From contig OZ024743.1 of NCBI GenBank assembly GCA_964016885.1, positions 352,966,001 to 353,030,000 of the forward strand: a DNA stretch of 64,000 nt, given 5' to 3'. This stretch comes from Eledone cirrhosa. Taxonomy: Eukaryota. Shown one piece after another: positions 54,786 to 64,000 of this stretch. The position numbers were made by a program, and so were the translations under genes. Numbering within the stretch: position 1 is the stretch's first letter; the number at the start of each line of letters is the position of its first letter. The notes below the pieces were generated by a model. The model ran no database searches and had not been told where the DNA came from. It saw only the letters and a list, made by a program, of their open reading frames with translations.

Positions 54786-57700
54786 TTGCATTTCTCTTGG
54801 AGTTGCGAACTTAATAATGATTTATTTAATTGTTATAAAATGGCAAAATACAATCCCTCCATTGGCTATATGAACAGAATGAAGCTACACTGGGACGAAA
54901 TGCACCCAGAGCAAAATTATTTCACAGCGAAACAATTACGCCAACAAGCGACGTTTGTTGAACGTAAAAATAAGATAAATATTATTAATTGTAAGTCCCC
55001 CACAACAAACATGTTATCAACAACACGTGCTACAGGTCGCCATGCTACTAGGCTTCCTAGCAGCCAGGTCGAACAGCGCCTTGAACCAACTATGCCTGTA
55101 AGAAACTTGACACCATCTGTACCATCTAAGTCTACCTCGAATGCTGGGGAAAACACTATCGATAATAATAATAATCGAAGAAATAATAATAATAATCGAA
55201 GAAATTTGACACCACGTGTACCATCCGAGTCTACCTCGACTGTTGTGGAAAATACTAGCGATAATGATAATAATCAAAAGTATAACCAATTGAAATTTTC
55301 CCTCAACGAAATCTTCCAGAGAGAAATTAATTCATGTATAAATATCTCTCTTGCTGAACGTATTAAAACAACAATGTTTAATAAAAAACCAAATAATGAA
55401 GTATTACGTGTTATTGACGAAATAGGGGATGAATATTTACGACGGATAAAACCCCAACATGTTGGCAAATCAACTCCTGTTTATATGCCTTAGCAACGAC
55501 AGTGAAGCATTATATTGGTGATAGCAGAGATATTAACAAGAACAGAACACCACCAAAAATACCATCATCTTTATATATATAAAAGCGAGGATGATGTGTG
55601 TGTCTGTGTACAACTTTGCATGCTTACGGCTTTCACAATTACCAACTAAATTTGACCAAATTTTCTGTCCACGTTGCACAGGTCGCTAAGATTGTCACAT
55701 CACAAACATTTTTCAAATCGACTCACCTGAGCAATAACAAATCGATATCAAAATTATCGGTAGAAAAATTGATGTAAGGGAGATAACAAACTTTATTGAT
55801 AATCCATATAAAAAAGGGAGATAACCAACTTTTCAGATATATAAACATCACATTCATTTGAAGATAAATCACTAATATTATCGTTTGTTTCTTGTTTATT
55901 CTTTGTTGCACTCTCAAAGTTAAAAAAACACTTGTTGTTTTAACTTGTTTCACTATATTAAGTGTTAATTTTCGTATCACGATTAGCTGTATTAACGATC
56001 AGCTTCTTCAGCTTCTTCCTGGATGTCCACGGATATATAAATCTATTGATACTGTATGTGATCCACAGGATGCGGTCAATTATCCAGTTGAATTTCTAAA
56101 TTCTTTAAATCCTCCTGGTTTACCCCCTAATACATTGGTTCTGAAAGAGGGAACACTAGTTATTTTGCTGAGAAATATCACTCTTCCAAAACTATGCAAT
56201 GGTACACATCTTGTGGTTAAAAACTGATTCCACTTAGTATTGACGCTACCATTCTATCCGGATGTGGAAAAGGCGAGGATGTGATAGTAACAAAAATTAG
56301 CCTGAGTACATCAGGCGTGGATACTCCCTTCTCCTTTCGCCGAACCCAATTTCCTCTTCGTGTTGCCTTTGCGATGTCCATAAACAAGTCGCAAGGTCAA
56401 ACTCTGTCCGTGGCTGGAATTCACTTGGATGAACCTTGCTTTTCGCACAGACAATTCTACGTTGCCTGCTCACGAGTTGGCAGTCGAGATAATCTCTTTG
56501 CGTTTGTTCCGAAAAGAAAAACAAAGAATATCGTCTATCCTGAAGTGCTTTAATGTTAACAAAAAAACTTATTACATCTCTGCCTTGACTTCACCTTACT
56601 CATTACAAAACCTACCAATGAATATATCATGCAGGATATTTTGGATTATAAATTTAAAATGTAACCATACACAGCAAAGGAAGCTCTCAAAGTATAGATT
56701 TTCTCTTATTCTACTCTCATTGTTTTTTTGTTTGTATACAACTCTGCTTTCATTACAACTTTTTGTACTTTAGCAAAACTGCCTGTTTTTTTACAGATTT
56801 GCAACGTGTATTGTCTTTAATCATTTGTATAACTACATCCTGTTCAGTGTTTTCCTTCATTATCAGCATAGTTTTATGTGTACAAAGATTGCACTAAATA
56901 TTCGTTTGCATTAATTATTGAAGACTTCTGCTTATTTTGAGAGGTTGGGGGACAAATAATGTTCTTTTACTTCCTAGCTGTATATTCTTAGCATAATTTC
57001 AAACCCCGAGCAAAGCCGGGTAAATCTGCTAGTATATAACTAAAATAGAAAAAAAGATTGCTGACCTACGAAAAAACATAGGATATGTGACAATGCTCCT
57101 TACAAGCAAACAAACACAAAAATACCTCACTCCTCACCAACAAAGAGTGAAAAATAAAATAGAGACGATGTTTGGTAACAGTAGAACAAGAACTCTCCAA
57201 TATAAGCTGATCACCCTCAAACAAGAATTGAGAGCTGAAGAAGGTAGATGAGAGAAAAGTTCTTAGTAAAAGATTCAGACGAAACCAAACATCAGTCTAT
57301 AGAGATATGAAGGCCAAAATAATAAGTGTCACTGAGGCCCCATCTCAGAAAGACAGATTCCTTTTGGAGCAAAATATGGGGTGAAAAGAAGAATTTCAAC
57401 CAAGATGCAGTGTGGCTAAGAGAAATCTGAAAGAACTATTAATCCTACACTACAACAAAAACAAACGAAATAAGTGAGGGTACCCTTGAGACTGTGATAG
57501 GAAAACTCCAAGATAAGAAAACACCAGGAAGAGACATGATTGTCGGCTGCTGGTACAAAAAACTGATATTCTATCGGAGGTATCTTACTGACCTCTACCA
57601 ACAAGCTCTTAAGGGAGATACACTTATACCAGAATGGTTGACATTAGCACAAACATTACTGGTCCCCAAGAACAAAGAGACCCACTTGGCAAAACACTAC

Positions 57701-59932
57701 CGACCCATTGCATGCCAGAACCTGATGTATAAGATATATACAGCCTGCCTGAACCTATTCCTCCAAGACCACTGTGAAAATAATAACATCATCACAGATG
57801 AACAAGCAGCTGGAAAGAAAGGGGTTTGGGGATGTGCTGAACAACTCCTAATCAACAAAATTGCGATGTCGGAGGTGCGACAACTTAGCAGGAATATGGC
57901 TACAGTCTGGCTGGACTACAAGAAAGCTTTCGATTCTGTTCCCCACTCTTGGATGATAGAGGCCCTCCAACTTGCTAAAGTCCCAGACATTATTGTCAGA
58001 GCCATAGAGAGGCTGTCTTCTTCTTGGGCTACTATCCTAAGGTTAAAGACAGAGAGGGAGGACTCTATTTTCACTGATAAAATAAAATATTGTAGGGGTA
58101 TATTTCAGGGGGACAGTCTCTCTGTGATATTATTCATCTTGTCATTAAACCCTTTGTCCTTTCTGCTCAAGAAATGTGAGGGATATATCATTGGCTCACA
58201 TGAGGACAGAAATACGAACCTAACCCATAATTTCTTTGTGGACGATCTGAAACTCTATGCCAAGAACATGGATGGGGTGAAGAAAAATCTTGACCTGGTT
58301 ACAACGTTCTCAAAGGTTATAGGAATGGATTTTGGCCGAGATAAATGCTCATACATGACTGTAAAGCGGGGAAAAACAACAACCCAATCTAGCAACATTA
58401 TCATCAATGGCCTAACTGTTTCACCGATATCTGATGAGGACTGATACCTGGGGATAGATGAGAACATATCCTATAATGGTATCTGTAATAAAGAGCGCGT
58501 AACCAGGGAATACTACACCCGATTAAGAAAGATCTGATCATCGGAACTCTCTGCGCAAATCAAAACAGTGGCTCACAATGTGTTTGCTGTGCCTGTCCTA
58601 ACACCAACGTTTGGAATACTCAATGGACGATAGACGAAATCCGAGCAGTTGATGTTGGAACTCGAAAAATACTAAACAACACCGGAAACTTCCACATCAA
58701 CAGTGACATAGACCGCCTTTACTTGAAACATAAGCAGGGAGGCAGAGGCCTAACATCAGTCCAGACAACATTTGAATGTCGCATCATATCTCTCCGACAA
58801 CATCTACGAACCTCGAAGCATAGGAGTCCGTTTCTCGAGCAAGTCTATATGCATGAAACAGATAAGATCATGAGAGTTGGGAAGGAACTCCTCGAGAGAT
58901 ATTCCCTGTGTGATAATCAAAAACTCACACTCAGGGAAGTCGCTCAGCAGTATCGCAGTGAATCCATGGATGAAAAACTGCATGCTTATCAGCAAAGAAT
59001 CATGCATGGATATGTTGCCAGGAAGCTCTAGAGTGAGAGTAATATAGATAAAGAAAGTAGTTTATCTTGGACCAACAACCGCTACATTGGTTCCCACTTT
59101 GAAGGATACGCTTTTGCAATCCAAGAACTAACATCGAGGATATCACCCATGTCATAAGCAACTGTCCAAAGAGGTCATCGCGGTACTATCTACTTATGAG
59201 GCATGATGTAGTGGCCAAACACTGTGCAATGTAGTTCGTAAAAAAGATAGCCCCGATAATAAACACATTAAAAGCTACAGCAATGTGGAAGACATCCATG
59301 TACATAATATGTAAGAGTACTGGTGCAATGTTCCAGTAAAAACCCCAATAAAATGCAGGCATAACAGACCAGATATTATGATATGGGACAGGGAGAAGAA
59401 AACATGCACAGTAGTGGAAATTAGCTGCCCAGCAGATGCCAATATAATATCAAAGATTAGTGAAAAGGAGAATATTTATGCAGAACTGATGAGAAATCTG
59501 CAGATACTCTACCCTGATTACACCTTCAGATTTATGCCTGTGATTATTGGGGCACTGGGATATGTTAGTAACTGTCTCAATACAAATCTTGAGAAGCTAG
59601 GCTTCACAGGAACAGAAAGAACACAACTAGTTAGGAAACTACAAGTACAATCCATTAATGGAACAGTAAAAATATGTAAATCATTCCAAACATTTTGCAT
59701 CTAATAACTGCATATACACATGTACAGATACAAAGCATATACACATGCACACATACAACTCAAAACATCCACATCCACACATACAATAACATCCATATCT
59801 ACACATGCATGCATGCATACATAATCTACCTAGTTGATGTTGTGTAAATTCCAATGAGAGAGTCTTGTATTTATGTTAGAAACCGACTCTCTCTCTATTG
59901 GTAAATATTTGTGAAATTATAAAACCAGAAGA
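54786..59932 (+). mobile_element. R4/Dong-like RLE LINE, copy 2 (5'-truncated, complete 3' end, interrupted by a Helitron)
   Basis: High identity to copy 1. RT ORF 57494..58444 (QGDSLS, FVDD); RLE HNRPDI..WDREKKTC.VVEISCP. (CATA)n on both flanks. Confidence 0.93.
55568..57032 (+). mobile_element. Helitron with PIF1-helicase C-terminal remnant
   Basis: 5' TC; 3' CCCGAGCAAAGCCGGG hairpin + CTAG; A|T target confirmed by the empty site at ~39058..39072. Encodes YPVEFLNSL.PPGLPP, LCNGT, RRTQFPLRVAFAMSINKSQGQT, YVACSRV. Confidence 0.96.
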
Positions 59933-60239
59933 GCATACATACATACATAATGGCTGCAACTTGATTTCGAGTAATGCTATCGCCTGATACTTAGGCATGA
60001 ACATCATAGACGTGGATTTTTATTGACTTGCCGATGGTCAGCAATACCAAGTGATTGAAGCTTTTTGAAGTGATGAAAGGCTTTGCACGAGGCCAATCCC
60101 ACTCTCTAAACATCGAATGCATTGGGCCAAAAAATTGAACTGGAAGCAAACGATGTCGTAGGTTTTGTATCAGAGTGACCTTCTCCTAGAGAGATGTCTT
60201 AATGAAGACTAGGAGTCTCTCGCTCCACAAACACAAAAA

Positions 60240-61113
60240 AAAAATACTTTTTGGGGAAACCCTTGATTCTGCTGAGCTCCTCCGCCCTTTGACGGGTTTT
60301 GTTTTTCATCTGGCAAGGTTTCCAAATCACCCTCCTCACCAAGCAAACCTGGTGGGTTGCCGGTTTAGTCGCCGACGATCTGACCATGTACAGGTTGTAC
60401 TGGGTTACAGGTTACCAGTAGCGCTGAAGAAAGATATGACATAACATACATACATACGTACATACATACATGCATACATACATACACTCACATATACATA
60501 CATACATGGTGGCTGCCAACTCGTTTTCGAGTACGGCCACTACTTTATATCCTTGTAGGAGAACCCCTACCGATGCGCTGAACGAGTGTGACTTTTTAGT
60601 ACAGCCAGCGACTTGAAAACTCTGGTACAAACACTACACTTGTGACAATTACTGACACATAGTGCTGGGCCCATGGTACCATGTGACGACAAGTGCAGAG
60701 AGATCTCCAGATATAAAGCAATGCCTGTGCCGTGAAGCTTTTATAGTGAGCAAAGTCACTGCACAAAGCCAGTCCCACTCTCTTAACCAAGATGATATTT
60801 ACCAAAAAGAAGAACAAGTCAACATCATTGGATACCATCAGGGTTGCAGGTGTTATATCAGAGTTTTCCTTCTCCTAGAATTCTGCCTTGACAAAGGCTA
60901 AGGGGTCATCTCTCCCGGTGATTTTGGATGGCCATTGACTCTTAAGAGCTCCTTTGCCCTTTGACAGGTTTTGTTTTTAGTCCTGCAGGATGTCCAAAGT
61001 CACCCTCCTCACCAAGAAACCTTGGTGGGGTTGCCAGTTTAGTCGCCAACGACCCGACCATGAGACAGGTTGTACTGGGATACATGTTACCAGTAGCACC
61101 AACTGGTGACCTG
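60240..61113 (+). repeat. Two copies of an unclassified interspersed repeat ending in (CATA)n
   Basis: gccctttgac.ggttttgtttt...ccctcctcaccaag...gaccatg...caggttgtactggg at ~60285 and ~60957; partial copy at ~41711..41790. Confidence 0.6.
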
Positions 61114-61870
61114 ACATACATACATACACACATACATACATACATACATACATCATACATACATACATACACACATACATACATACATACATACATACAT
61201 ACATACATACATACATACATACATACATACATACATACATACATACATACATACATACAGAAACTGAGTAAATAATCAAATAGATATGAGCCGACAATAT
61301 TGTGAAAACGTGGTGCCGCAAAGGAAATATGGTTAAAAACAAACAACTATCACATCAAAGTTAAGTGCGTTGAAATTGGAGGACGAATAAGAAAATAAAA
61401 AAAGAAAACGACAAAATAAAAGAAAACAGTAAAGGAAATGCTGGAAATATTTACAAAAGTGTTCCAACTTTAACAAACTAGAACAAATTGCTTTCTCAGA
61501 AGAAAAAATATAGTGAAAGCATTAAGTATGTTAAAAGTATAGGTGCTGTCATTTTTCTGTCTGAAAAATAAAAACGACAGTTTAAATATTTAAAAACAAA
61601 GGATTTGAACACGTTTTATAAGGAGAGCATACATATGATATTGCAGTGTATTAAGAAGAGAGAAAAAAACATGTAAATTATATGTTAATACGATGTGTAA
61701 TTGTCTACGTATGTGAAGTAACCGAACTAATTCTTAGAAAATGTAGAAATCCCAAACATAGAAAATCATAAATACCCAAATAGACAGAAAAAGTGCCCAG
61801 TAGTCGCTACGAATAATCGAACTCTGTAGTCTACTCAACGCTCTAATGGTTTCTTTTCGAACCAAACTAT

Positions 61871-62260
<390 letters not shown>

Positions 62261-62282
62261 TATATATATATATATATATATA

Positions 62283-62480
62283 TAGGAAAAGAGTCAGGAC
62301 CCCGACGGCTGAGCTCCGGCTGAGCTATTTCTGAAATAGCTAGTTCAGAAATAACTGTCGAAACGGCCGGAACTCAGCCGTCGGGGTCCTGACTCTTTTC
62401 CTATTACCCACTCTACTACCTATAGTATTGAGTACTCTGGTGCTTTATGGTCCACTTGGTTCCTTACCACACTTCCTTCG
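62283..62480. mobile_element. GC-rich palindromic PLE-type mini-element with the 3' half of a hammerhead
   Basis: ~38-bp inverted arms 62283..62320 / 62366..62403; GAAACGGC..GCCGUC stem III; ~77-nt tail shared with 22270..22390. Confidence 0.7.
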
Positions 62481-62593
62481 TTATATATATATATATACAT
62501 AGTTAATAAATGAAACAAACAAAACACAGGAAGCAATTTTACACAGTTATATTAGGTTCAATTGTACAGTTATATTGGTGGAAGTGGGGGAGG

Positions 62594-62629
62594 TTTCAAC
62601 GTTTCGGACAGAAATCCTTCTTCAGGAAA
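62594..62629 (-). ncRNA. Minimal type I hammerhead ribozyme
   Basis: UUUC CUGAAGA AGGA uuucug UCC GAAAC GUU GAAA. Confidence 0.78.
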
Positions 62630-63319
62630 GTGCGGAGAACAGATAGACGTAAGAATAGTGTGAGAAGGTTAAGGAAGGAAGTTAAAAAACATGGTGATAG
62701 AGGGAGGTGGGTGGGTGAAAGGTCCGGCCTGTGGGGGGGGGGGGGGTAAGTAGGTGGCATGGGTGTGGTTGTGTGTGTGTATGTATGTGTCGAAGGGAGG
62801 AAATTGGTACACGTGCGTAGCTTCAGTCTATGTGTCCCAGTCTTATAAAGTGAAGTGTCCACACTGGTATGTGGGTGTGTGTGTATGCCTGTGAGATTTT
62901 AGTTTTGTGTGTGTGTGTACGTGTGAGTGTGTGTGTATGGGGGTCTTTTTCTGTAATTTCTATATATGTGAGTGTGTACGATTGCGCGTGTGTGTATGTA
63001 TTATCAAGTGTGTGTTGAATGAATGTGTCTGTGTGGATGTCTACAGATGGATGTGTACAGGTGATTTTTTTATGTGTGTGAATATGTCTGTGTATGTAAT
63101 GTTTCTATTGTTTTTACGTATGTTGGTGTGTAATTTAGCACCTGTGTGTGTGTGTGCATATTTCCACGTGTGTATGCTGTGTCCATAAGAGTGTTGTGGT
63201 TGTGTTCAGTCAGTAGTGGGAATATATTATGTACGTATGTGTGAGGGTGGATGTGTGTATGTATGGGTATGTCAGTGTGTGTGTGTTGGAGTATCCAGAT
63301 AATTCAGGAGAGAACAGCA

Positions 63320-63375
<56 letters not shown>

Positions 63376-63378
<3 letters not shown>

Positions 63379-63697
63379 CCATTCCTTCACCTGCACACCC
63401 ACCCACGTTGTCTATGCCCTCCGGTGTTCCCTTTGTGGGTCTTTATATATCGGACAAACGGGACGCCGTATGGCGGACCGTTTTACCGAACATTTGAGGG
63501 ACATACGACTCGGTTTGGATACTCCTATCGCCCGTAATTTCTGTTCTCCTGGTCATTCTTCTATACATGTTTCAGTCCTGGGTGTTCTTTTACATTATCG
63601 ATTACAGGCCTCGCGCACCAGGACTGAACAAAGTCTGATTCACCGCCTTGGGTCCTATTCCTTTCTTGGACTCAACTCACCTCCCCAATTTCTCTAA
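63376..63697 (+). pseudogene. PLE (Neptune-like) GIY-YIG endonuclease fragment
   Basis: HSFTC...VVYALRCSLCGSLYIGQTGRRMADRFTEHLRDIR...E..LI..LGS....GLN; begins directly after (TA)n. Confidence 0.9.
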
Positions 63698-64000
63698 TAC
63701 CCCGTCCATTATCACATCCCTAGATTCCTATCGCTTTCTCTTGATCATTAGCAGCTTCTCTTACTACTAATACATGCTCACTATATATGCTCACTCCACT
63801 TTTCCATTCACTGCTCTGTATACACACATACACACCCTTATATTAACATACTTTTGCTCATAGCTTCGTACTTATATGCACACACACTCTTTTACGCACA
63901 TACACACACACACTTCTTCTTAGCTTCGTACGGACTTATAATAACACACACACACACACACACAAACTCATGCTTACGCACGTGCACAAGTATAGCTGCT

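Noticed and set aside
59115-59135. Deletion in R4 copy 2 and duplication in copy 1 (41363) both meeting at agaactaac, suggesting splicing or a hotspot
   Set aside because: No GT-AG boundaries; short microhomology (agaac) explains it.
59850-59902. Hairpin with ATGA...AAA in the R4-like 3' UTR resembling a SECIS
   Set aside because: No 3' GA to complete the non-Watson-Crick quartet, and the in-frame TGAs in this copy arise from a deletion and a Trp mutation relative to copy 1.

Overview
Eukaryotic, AT-rich, microsatellite-laden DNA made almost entirely of transposable-element remains; the SINE and microsatellite content resembles a coleoid cephalopod such as octopus (inference). No intact host gene is evident. 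Most short ORFs in the track are (TA)n/(CA)n/(CATA)n artefacts. Recognisable elements: several families of Penelope-like elements (PLEs; RT + C-terminal GIY-YIG, including Naiad-like ones), two R4/Dong-like RLE LINE copies, two tandem Tx1 LINEs, RTE fragments, three Helitrons, a hAT MITE and many SINEs. The most striking unannotated signal is a dense set of type I hammerhead ribozymes: well over a dozen complete, partial or variant motifs from about nine sequence families. They include forms with a ~90-100 nt stem II and a U4A core variant. Several sit in ORF-less, asymmetric palindromic mini-elements inserted in (TA)n. Coordinates were read by eye and may be off by a few bases; element boundaries are approximate unless termini are stated.
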